From an uncultured virus (IMG/VR IMGVR_UViG_3300034418_009100) (taxonomy: Duplodnaviria; Heunggongvirae; Uroviricota; Caudoviricetes), in IMG/VR virus record IMGVR_UViG_3300034418_009100: DNA of 62,620 bases; one strand, written 5' to 3'. The first letter of the stretch is position 1. Each line of letters opens with the position of its first letter. Positions 38,844-46,487 of this stretch are shown here, one piece after another. A program made the position numbers and the translations under genes. The notes under the pieces were generated by a model. The model was not told the origin of the DNA. It did not search any database and saw only the letters and a list, made by a program, of their open reading frames with translations.

Positions 38844-39571
38844 AACTGGGCAATCTTTTTCTCTATAACGATGCAGTTGAACGTCTAAAGTCTAGGCATT
38901 GGTATCGTTATAACTCCGGTGCCACTCGTGAAAGTGACCAATTGCTGACTTTTACGCTGTCAGAAACTGCGGCACAGGACAGTGAAACTAACTTCGAGTA
39001 TCTCCGTGAGTTCGCCCGTCGACACAGAGCGCCTTACTTTATTATCACTGACTATGGTGTACAATTTGTTGGGCATGATCACGAAATACTTAAAACTGAG
39101 TTTATCACTGTAAGAATGATAGATGATTATCACACTTACCGAGAAAATGCCACAGACCACTATTACTACCGAGATCAGAGTCTGTCATCAATAATGAATG
39201 AACGTAATTATCAAGGTGATGACACCGACCGGTATGCTAGTCAGTTTGACAGTTGGCGCATGGGCGGGTGTTGGGTGTTGCCCAAACGCCGAGGATTTTA
39301 CAACACCGAGACTGGCGAAAAAATCTCCAACCGTCGTCAACAGATTGAAACTCTTTGGAAACTGGGTTTCATGAGTCGTCGTGGCAGACCTATAACTGCG
39401 GCCAGTCCCAGTGTCAGCATCACACGAGACGAAGTCAATGAACTGATAAGGCTGCTCCATAACATTGAACGAAAACACAAATCGGGCAAACCCCCCAATG
39501 AATTTACCGTAACCATTCATAGGTTATACAGACGTGTTATTCGTTACTGCGCTTGGCCCGGGTTTTGGTAA
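38840..39571 (+). CDS. hypothetical protein
   Basis: 243 aa ORF with ATGA coupling. Confidence 0.7.
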   Translation: MKLGNLFLYNDAVERLKSRHWYRYNSGATRESDQLLTFTLSETAAQDSETNFEYLREFARRHRAPYFIITDYGVQFVGHDHEILKTEFITVRMIDDYHTYRENATDHYYYRDQSLSSIMNERNYQGDDTDRYASQFDSWRMGGCWVLPKRRGFYNTETGEKISNRRQQIETLWKLGFMSRRGRPITAASPSVSITRDEVNELIRLLHNIERKHKSGKPPNEFTVTIHRLYRRVIRYCAWPGFW

Positions 39572-39645
39572 TACTAAAGTAGTACTTGCTCTAAAATACC
39601 ATTTTCGCTTATAATACACTTACATTGAAACAAAAGGAGTTTGAA

Positions 39646-39789
39646 ATGTACACCTGGAGATATCGAGTAAAACTGCAAGGCGGCGGCGAAATTGAAACCA
39701 CAATGTCTGGTTACAGTGACAGTGAATGTGCCCGAGCACTACAGTCCATGTATCCTGGAGCTTGGGTAATTTGCCTGGGTATGTGTTAG
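39646..39789 (+). CDS. mini-gene, 47 aa (not in the ORF track)
   Basis: MYTWRYRVKLQGGGEIETT...ICLGMC*; fills the space exactly between repeats 1 and 2. Confidence 0.75.
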   Translation: MYTWRYRVKLQGGGEIETTMSGYSDSECARALQSMYPGAWVICLGMC

Positions 39790-39863
39790 TACTAAAGTAG
39801 TACTTGCTCGAAAATACCATTTTCGCTTATAATTGACTTACATTGAAACAAAAGGAGTTTGAA

Positions 39864-40049
39864 ATGTACGCATATGATAACATTGGTAAGCGGGCTGTGT
39901 GGCATAAACTCGGTGTGAAGTTTGAGACTGGCGCTTGGTATGAAATCAAAGTGTTTGCAATGAGTTTAGAAAGTGCCCAGGCTATGGCAGAGGCTAAGGC
40001 AGAGACCGAAGGTCATAAAATAGTTGCATGGGCATGTGCTAGTACTTAA
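39864..40049 (+). CDS. mini-gene, 61 aa
   Basis: ATG follows the RBS of repeat 2; stop lies inside repeat 3. Confidence 0.75.
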   Translation: MYAYDNIGKRAVWHKLGVKFETGAWYEIKVFAMSLESAQAMAEAKAETEGHKIVAWACAST

Positions 40050-40117
40050 GTAGTACTTGCTCGAAAATACCATTTTCGCTTATAATTGACTTACATTGAA
40101 ACAAAAGGAGCCACAGT

Positions 40118-40276
40118 ATGTCTAAGAAACACTTTGAACTACTCGCCAAGTACATCAGTAGTATGATGGACACCAATGCACGTCTGCAAGCGGCAGTTGC
40201 CGTTGCTAGTGCCTGCAAGGAAGCCAATCAGCGTTTTGATCAAGATCGTTTTTTCCGTGCCTGTGGCATCAACTAA
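40118..40276 (+). CDS. mini-gene, 52 aa (not in the ORF track)
   Basis: MSKKHFELLA...NQRFDQDRFFRACG; follows the RBS of repeat 3. Confidence 0.8.
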   Translation: MSKKHFELLAKYISSMMDTNARLQAAVAVASACKEANQRFDQDRFFRACGIN

Positions 40277-40290
40277 GGAGTTTAGTTAAA

Positions 40291-40431
40291 ATGAAACAGG
40301 AAGACGTAAATCGAGAAAATGCTCAACAACAGAAAGAAGATATTGAGCATCAGAAAAAACAGATTGACGAGCAGGCAGAAGAAATTAAACGTCAGCGAGA
40401 ACTAATTGAAAAAAGATTGCGAGGCGAATAA
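40291..40431 (+). CDS. small coiled-coil peptide, 46 aa (not in the ORF track)
   Basis: TAAGGAG RBS; Q/E/K-rich. Confidence 0.65.
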   Translation: MKQEDVNRENAQQQKEDIEHQKKQIDEQAEEIKRQRELIEKRLRGE

Positions 40432-40432
40432 C

Positions 40433-40687
40433 ATGAGCAAGAAACAAAGAGTTGATTACGGGCGTTATGGATTTGACCAGTATCAAATAACCGATTTGCA
40501 GATTATTATGAATTTGGAAACCAAAGAAGACATGCGAGAGTTTGCAGAAACTGTGGGACACGAAGATGTTCAGTACGGTTTGGCTTTATTAGAAACCTTG
40601 GCCTTGGCTGTACTTGATGAAGAAACAGAATCAATGACAGAATTTCCTCAAGCCCGTGAAGTAATTGAGCGAGTACGACATGCCTAA
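40433..40687 (+). CDS. hypothetical protein
   Basis: ATG 40433 with GAGG RBS. Confidence 0.65.
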   Translation: MSKKQRVDYGRYGFDQYQITDLQIIMNLETKEDMREFAETVGHEDVQYGLALLETLALAVLDEETESMTEFPQAREVIERVRHA

Positions 40688-41270
40688 TTGGTGTATGAAT
40701 ACTATGACAGTGCGTGGACCCAGCAAACAGGTTCATGACTTATTTGACCGAATTGGTAAAGCGGACGAAGATGCATTTTTTAACGTCATCAAACCGCGTC
40801 CTGCTGACCAAGAAGAAAATTGGTACGGATGGAACATAGAAAACTGGGGGACCAAGTGGGACACTGATCCTGGTGAATTTACTATAGATGACGGCGATCC
40901 CGAAGAGGGCATGAGCACTGTACATCTAAACTTTGACACTGCTTGGGGACCTCCGGACGCAATTGCTGAAGAACTCACAGAACAGGGTTTTGATGTCGAC
41001 CTAATGTACTACGAACCTGGTGTGGGATTTGCTGGCGTTTATACAAGTTGGGCCGGCACAGATCATTATGACTTTGACGGGCGTTCAGCAGACGAACTTG
41101 AGGACATTCTGCCAGAAGAATTAAACGACTGTTTTGGCATTGCAGAAGATATTCGTAATTCAGAAGAACTGGAGGATGAAGATGAGTTTGTAGAATGGTA
41201 CGAAGACGGCGTTGAAGAACGTAATCTAAAACCGCATGACCCTAAATCAATTTGGAAAGACGAGGACTAA
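40680..41270 (+). CDS. DUF1281/YubB ferredoxin-like phage protein
   Basis: MPNWC.N, WY.W...NWGTKWD, FDTAWGPP and YYEPG motifs. Confidence 0.8.
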   Translation: MPNWCMNTMTVRGPSKQVHDLFDRIGKADEDAFFNVIKPRPADQEENWYGWNIENWGTKWDTDPGEFTIDDGDPEEGMSTVHLNFDTAWGPPDAIAEELTEQGFDVDLMYYEPGVGFAGVYTSWAGTDHYDFDGRSADELEDILPEELNDCFGIAEDIRNSEELEDEDEFVEWYEDGVEERNLKPHDPKSIWKDED

Positions 41271-41271
41271 C

Positions 41272-41427
41272 ATGGACAAAATTCTTAAATACGCAAACGA
41301 GGCAATTTTTCATTTTCAGATGGACATGAAAGCGGCTGTGCGTTATGTAGTAAAAAACACTAAATGCGAACCTGTGGTAGCAACCACAGCCTTACAGGAC
41401 GTCATGACGGGATATAAATCGCGATGA
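41272..41427 (+). CDS. small hypothetical protein
   Basis: GAGGA RBS before ATG 41272. Confidence 0.55.
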   Translation: MDKILKYANEAIFHFQMDMKAAVRYVVKNTKCEPVVATTALQDVMTGYKSR

Positions 41428-41753
41428 GCAGTTTTGTTGCAGGCATTGTCTGCACCTTGATCAATGGCTGTGGCCCGCAATTAGGATATGCACCGCCGCA
41501 ACCTCCTACCAATCCCAACGTCGTTGTTTATCAAGACCGAGGGCCCATGGTTAATCAAGCAGTGCAGGCAGTGGACTTTCAACAAATCGCCAACATTGGT
41601 TTAGATTGCAGGAAGAAGGATGTTATCATCGCTTTCATTGAAAGTAAAGTGGGCAACCAGCCCAGACATCCCGAACACCTCAATGACTATGACAGGCGTT
41701 TGAATGCAGTAGCACGGAGTAAAATATGGCAGCTAAGAACAAACTGTTACTAG
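41424..41753 (+). CDS. hypothetical exported or lipoprotein-like protein
   Basis: Hydrophobic N-terminus containing Cys. Confidence 0.6.
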   Translation: MSSFVAGIVCTLINGCGPQLGYAPPQPPTNPNVVVYQDRGPMVNQAVQAVDFQQIANIGLDCRKKDVIIAFIESKVGNQPRHPEHLNDYDRRLNAVARSKIWQLRTNCY

Positions 41754-42109
41754 GACTGGTTGTAGTTGCCTGCCTTTACTCTACCGTGGAGGCACAGACG
41801 CTGGAAGGCAGAACTGAATGTCGGTATGAGCGTAATACTGAACAGAGTGCCAATGGTTCAATCAGCACTTATCAACGTGAGCGCTGTGTTGAAGAACCCG
41901 GGCAGACTGTACGACAGGTTCGAATTGGAGATTTGGTAAGGGAAAGTTGGGTACGTGAACATCCCGTAATCAAACAGGACTTTGCTTATCGTGGAAACCG
42001 TTGTCGTTGGTTTTTGGAATCCGGAACGGCAGAAAGAGATTTGGTACAGTACCAAGGAATTATCTGTGAAGTACAACCAAATGCGTGGCGAGTTATTGAC
42101 AAATTTTAA
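41726..42109 (+). CDS. hypothetical exported protein
   Basis: Signal peptide; paired Cys; ends WRVIDKF. Confidence 0.65.
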   Translation: MAAKNKLLLGLVVVACLYSTVEAQTLEGRTECRYERNTEQSANGSISTYQRERCVEEPGQTVRQVRIGDLVRESWVREHPVIKQDFAYRGNRCRWFLESGTAERDLVQYQGIICEVQPNAWRVIDKF

Positions 42110-42157
42110 CGGATTTGTTATAATTGCTTATCGATTAACTGCTCTTGGAGAGAGTAA

Positions 42158-43024
42158 ATGAAACTGAAACTTGTAACCTTAGCCGCATTGACAGCAGTCA
42201 GTGTAACTGTATCAGCACAAACTAATCCGGCTAATCCGCCATCTGAAACCAATGAGTTTTATCTCAAGCATCAGGCCTTGATTGAGCAAAACACCAAGTT
42301 AGCACAACAATTGGCACAACGTGATGCAGAAGCAAAAGCAAATACCACTGGTGCTCCCAGTTGGGTCTTGCGCTTGCCCGAATCCCCAGACTCTATTTTT
42401 GCGGTCGGTGTTGCTACCAGTATGAACGAACAATTGGCCTACGACAAAGCAAGGCTGTATGCAGAGCGCAGGCTAGTAGAAATTGCCAACAGTGAGATTG
42501 AAAGTCTTACTAAGAGTTATGCTCTTGAGCGTGATGAAAGTCTAAACGAAACTACCGAAATGGTAGTAAAGAAAACTGCTAACGGACAGTTAATTGGTAC
42601 GAAACGTGTAGACACTCATGCAGAATATGATGGGCGCAGATACAAAGTCTACATGTTGGTTGCGTTACCATTGGACGAAAACAATCCTTTGCGTAAAGAG
42701 CGTGAAGCACGCCAGGCCAAACGTGAAGCAGAGATTCGTCAGCAACGTGCGTTTGAAGAACTGCAACGTCAAACCCAGGAACGCCGTGAACGTGAACTGG
42801 CAGAACAACAACGCAGGGAAGATCAACTCAAACAGAGTGCTCCACTACCGGTTACGCCAAGTGTACCTGCTAGTCAAACGTTGAGTCCCGGTGAAAAGAT
42901 AGTGGTTCCTGAGCAAAGTCAGGTACAGGCCACTCCGGAGCCAATGAACGGTGCAAAAGTTGAACCCATTGTGCCCGGTACTCCACTCAAACCTTTGGCG
43001 GAAGAGACAAAATCCAACACTTAA
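42158..43024 (+). CDS. exported LPP20-like domain protein
   Basis: Signal peptide; PSWV...IFAVG...AYDKA; coiled coil; promoter TTGACA(42096)-17-TATAAT. Confidence 0.65.
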   Translation: MKLKLVTLAALTAVSVTVSAQTNPANPPSETNEFYLKHQALIEQNTKLAQQLAQRDAEAKANTTGAPSWVLRLPESPDSIFAVGVATSMNEQLAYDKARLYAERRLVEIANSEIESLTKSYALERDESLNETTEMVVKKTANGQLIGTKRVDTHAEYDGRRYKVYMLVALPLDENNPLRKEREARQAKREAEIRQQRAFEELQRQTQERRERELAEQQRREDQLKQSAPLPVTPSVPASQTLSPGEKIVVPEQSQVQATPEPMNGAKVEPIVPGTPLKPLAEETKSNT

Positions 43025-43039
43025 AGTGGTAGTATGACG

Positions 43040-43080
43040 AATGCTCCTGGGGTCAATAAATACTCTAGGAGCATTTTTTA
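43040..43080 (+). promoter_or_regulatory. hairpin with late promoter in the loop and SD in the 3' arm
   Basis: AATGCTCCTGGGGT / ACTCTAGGAGCATT stem around TAAATA 43057-43062, followed by a T-run. Confidence 0.75.
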
Positions 43081-43578
43081 ATGGCTAGACCAAACCCACT
43101 GAAAGCAGTGATGAGTAGTCCATTGCCTTCGATTACTTATCAACGCCGCAGATCCTTTCGTCCCTCACAACGGGAAGTGGAGTGGTATTACGACAAAATA
43201 AACTACTATGTTTTTAATGGTCAGTTAAGGCGCCCTATTATTAGGTTAGGCACTATTCGTAAATGTTGGGGCATGTGTGAATGGGAAGAAGAACTGCAAC
43301 CAACTCGTAGTCACTGTAAAATTAGATTAAGTGATAAATGGTTCTGTGCTCAGTGGTTTGTAAACACTCTGGCACATGAAATGGTACATCAATGGCAATG
43401 GGATGTTTACAGATTTGAATATGAATCTCAATACAACAAGGGCATGCCCAGACTAAGCGGTGCCCATGGTCCAAGTTTTTTCAGTTGGCGCGATCGGTTT
43501 GCTGAATACGGGCTGTGTTTAAAAATTGCCTACGGACAGAAACGTTGGTTTCGTCATCAAGATTTCTACAAGTGTTAA
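43081..43578 (+). CDS. SprT-like zinc metalloprotease
   Basis: N..VF.G.L, TLAHEMVHQWQ and HGPSF motifs. Confidence 0.85.
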   Translation: MARPNPLKAVMSSPLPSITYQRRRSFRPSQREVEWYYDKINYYVFNGQLRRPIIRLGTIRKCWGMCEWEEELQPTRSHCKIRLSDKWFCAQWFVNTLAHEMVHQWQWDVYRFEYESQYNKGMPRLSGAHGPSFFSWRDRFAEYGLCLKIAYGQKRWFRHQDFYKC

Positions 43579-43599
43579 TCAAATAAAATAATTATTTGT

Positions 43600-44799
43600 A
43601 TGTTCTTCTCGATCGACAAGACAAAGCAGGAAAACTTTGTCTGTGATTTTCAATTTGATAATTTCTTTATTTCAGTTGACTTTGGCTGGGAAACCTATGA
43701 AACCGAAAAACATGTAGTAATTTATAAAGGTTATGCGGATTACCATCATCTGCGTGATTTACTTGACGAATTAATAACAGAAACAGAACCGTCTCGGACT
43801 GGTAACTATTGCGCTATTGTTTATCACAAAACTGATAATACAATTAGTATTAAATCGGACAGGTATAGATCGTTTCCGATCTATCTAAATAACGGAAACA
43901 AAGTTACAAATCTTGTCAAGCAAGATCGAACAGCCTGGACTGATAGTCTTATAACCATCACTGACAATTTTGAAATAATTGAAAACAAATTTGATGCTAT
44001 CGGGACCATTGATGTGTCTACAATTTCATTGGAATATGGGATAGAATCAATTGCATCTATATTAGATCGCAAAACAAAGTCCTTGATAGATTTACGATCA
44101 TCTTTGCCGATGGCATTTAGAAAACCTATACATACTTTCCTTAGTGGAGGAGTTGACAGTTTATTGGTTTATAGTTTCTTACAAAAACATACACAAGACT
44201 ATAAATTGATAAAGTATGCTCATGTTGATTATACTGACTTTTGGTTAATGAATTCAGGAGATATTGTAGATAATTGGGGATATAAGCAAATACATCATTG
44301 GATAAATCCTTGTATTCTTACCAGCGGTGCTCCAGGTGATGAATTTATGTTGCGAAGTCCTGTAACTGCAAACATATTTTTACAAAATAACGGAACAGAT
44401 TTATTAAAAATGAATCAAGACGTTACAAGTCTTCATTATTCTTATTTTAGTTTACCAAAACATAAAAAGGTTGTGGAAAATCTTGCTAGTGATTTTGAAG
44501 TGAATAAAAATTTAAATAAAAAAGAATTAATTTGGAAGTTGTGCAATATTATAATTAACGACTGGCAACATTGGCATATTGAAAATACTCTCACGTGGAC
44601 TCCATTAAGAGATTTAGAAATATTTAAAATAATTTTACAAATGCCTTACGAAGTTCAAATCAAACAAATATTTGATAGTTATATTAGCAAACGTCTTATC
44701 TCAGACATAAATCCTCAGTTTGTAAACCTTATCAGTCATCAAAAAAATACAGCATCAATGATGAGTAATTTAATTAACTTCTACAGACAGCATCATTGA
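43600..44799 (+). CDS. asparagine synthetase-like ATP pyrophosphatase
   Basis: SDRYRSFPIY, FLSGGVDS and SGAPGDE motifs; AT-rich. Confidence 0.7.
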   Translation: MFFSIDKTKQENFVCDFQFDNFFISVDFGWETYETEKHVVIYKGYADYHHLRDLLDELITETEPSRTGNYCAIVYHKTDNTISIKSDRYRSFPIYLNNGNKVTNLVKQDRTAWTDSLITITDNFEIIENKFDAIGTIDVSTISLEYGIESIASILDRKTKSLIDLRSSLPMAFRKPIHTFLSGGVDSLLVYSFLQKHTQDYKLIKYAHVDYTDFWLMNSGDIVDNWGYKQIHHWINPCILTSGAPGDEFMLRSPVTANIFLQNNGTDLLKMNQDVTSLHYSYFSLPKHKKVVENLASDFEVNKNLNKKELIWKLCNIIINDWQHWHIENTLTWTPLRDLEIFKIILQMPYEVQIKQIFDSYISKRLISDINPQFVNLISHQKNTASMMSNLINFYRQHH

Positions 44800-45897
44800 A
44801 AGAAACTCGTCTGGTTTTTGATTTTTTAATTGATCCAATGACTGGGTAAGTGATTTCCATGAATTGAATAATTCTTTGTCAAACGGTTGATTTCTAAGAT
44901 TGTTTGATATGCTGGCAATTGCATTTATAGCATTGTGCCTTTGCCCTTCTTCTATAGAACTATTAGACAATTTTTTCACTATACGATTTAAACTAATAAC
45001 AATTTGTTCTCGGTGCTCTAACGGTATAGACTTTTCACCCATTTCTTTTTGTTGAGCAACTCCAAAACTTACTACACTAGGCCAATCTTCTATTAGAAAG
45101 TCTATTAGTTTTTCTAATAAATGATAATTGTATGAACTTGTTGTTATATTGACTCGTTGTTCTACATTGTTATATTTCTTACATTGTAGGTAGTTGTTGA
45201 GCACTTCCTGCCATACTGTCCCATTCCTTACATACTCGGCTGATTCACCAACTGCGTCCAAACTAAAAACTAATGTTATAGTTCCTTTATAGTTTTTAAT
45301 AAAGTCATAGTCTATACAACTACCATTAGTAAACATTATAATATTGGCAGTTAAATTAGTTTCTGCAAATTTTAAAAACCTTAAACAGTTTTTATCATAG
45401 AAAGGTTCGCCGCCTAATAAGATTATGGTTTTTATTCTGTCGTTAAGTTCAAGAAGATATTCAAAATTAGTAATATTTTCATTGATATCTGTATCTTTGA
45501 TTAAATTAAGTTTGATATAGTATTGTTTGACCCTGCTGCTGGCCGCAGGCCAGCAGGTTTGGCAAGCAAAGTTACAAGTGTTACCTGGTCTAAGTTCAAG
45601 TGTAATATCTCCGTCACTAAATTCGGCATATGCTTGCTCAGCGTTATATCTCATGCTGTCTTGTCTTCCCTGCTGTTCGATGTCTCGACATGCTGCACAA
45701 GAATCTGGCCATTCGTTGTTTGCTAACTGATTCCTTGCATCTGATATTTCTTTTAATTTATGGAACTTTTGAATATTAATCTTAGAAGTATGAAAACTTT
45801 TATTATAGTTTTCATCTGCCGTCCAAGCACAACAAGGTTTGACTATTTGATTGTAACCAATGGCAAGGCCGTGCTCTAAAAATTTACATTCCATCAT
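44770..45897 (-). CDS. radical SAM protein with N-terminal SPASM/twitch-like Cys motifs
   Basis: KPCC, CAAC, TCNFACQTC, GGEPF and FTNG motifs; start reassigned to MMECK. Confidence 0.88.
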   Translation of the reverse strand: MMECKFLEHGLAIGYNQIVKPCCAWTADENYNKSFHTSKINIQKFHKLKEISDARNQLANNEWPDSCAACRDIEQQGRQDSMRYNAEQAYAEFSDGDITLELRPGNTCNFACQTCWPAASSRVKQYYIKLNLIKDTDINENITNFEYLLELNDRIKTIILLGGEPFYDKNCLRFLKFAETNLTANIIMFTNGSCIDYDFIKNYKGTITLVFSLDAVGESAEYVRNGTVWQEVLNNYLQCKKYNNVEQRVNITTSSYNYHLLEKLIDFLIEDWPSVVSFGVAQQKEMGEKSIPLEHREQIVISLNRIVKKLSNSSIEEGQRHNAINAIASISNNLRNQPFDKELFNSWKSLTQSLDQLKNQKPDEFLSMMLSVEVN

Positions 45898-45944
45898 AAT
45901 ACTTAGTGGGCAATTTTTGCTAAATACAAAATCAAGGAGTAAGT

Positions 45945-46379
45945 ATGCGAGTTTTTCTAATTTTATTAACATCATTTTTAGCGTTTACAGCGTCAGCCAA
46001 AGAAGTCAAAATGGTTGAATATGACTGGAAAGTAACTAAAGTCGTGGACGGCGACACTGTTAAGTTTGAAGCACCTTGGGTGCCAGATCCCATTAAAAAG
46101 GAACTAAGCATTAGGGTCTATGGAGTAGATACTCCTGAAAAAGGATGGCGTGGTCAGTGTGATAAAGAAAAGAAGGCAGGTGATGCTGCCACTGCTTTTA
46201 CAAAGGCCATGATTAAAAAAGGTAAATCAATTAAAATTGCTATTTCCGATTGGGACAAGTTTGGAGGTAGAGTACTGGGAGACGTAATTGTTGACGGTAA
46301 AAGCCTACGTAAAGAACTTATTGCAAACGGACACGCACGAGAGTACTACGGCGAGAAAAAGCAGAGTTGGTGTGATTAA
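45945..46379 (+). CDS. thermonuclease (SNase family), exported
   Basis: VVDGDT, IRVYGVDTPE and DKFGGRVLG motifs; signal peptide. Confidence 0.93.
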   Translation: MRVFLILLTSFLAFTASAKEVKMVEYDWKVTKVVDGDTVKFEAPWVPDPIKKELSIRVYGVDTPEKGWRGQCDKEKKAGDAATAFTKAMIKKGKSIKIAISDWDKFGGRVLGDVIVDGKSLRKELIANGHAREYYGEKKQSWCD

Positions 46380-46443
46380 ATGCTGACCCTGCTCTAACAC
46401 AGCAGACGACAGTTATAATAAACAGCATTAATTTCAATGCTTT

Positions 46444-46480
46444 AAGGACTTCTTAGTGGAAGTCCTTTTTTTTATAAATA
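46444..46480 (+). terminator. terminator overlapping a late promoter
   Basis: AAGGACTTC / GAAGTCCTT with T-run, then TATAAATA 46473-46480. Confidence 0.85.
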
Positions 46481-46487
46481 CGATACC

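Larger units (their letters stand above)
39572..40110 (+). repeat. three near-identical 70-80 bp promoter/RBS direct repeats separating mini-genes
   Basis: TACTWAAGTAGTACTTGCTC(G/T)AAAATACCATTTTCGCTTATAAT(N)ACTTACATTGAAACAAAAGGAG at 39572, 39790 and 40043. Confidence 0.95.

Noticed and set aside
39572..40110. CRISPR array
   Set aside because: The repeats are 70-80 bp with -35, -10 and SD motifs, the spacers are 140-180 bp ORFs, and no cas genes are present.
46401..46414. Guanidine-II riboswitch (ACGA loop)
   Set aside because: Only one weak ACGA hairpin is present; the class needs two.
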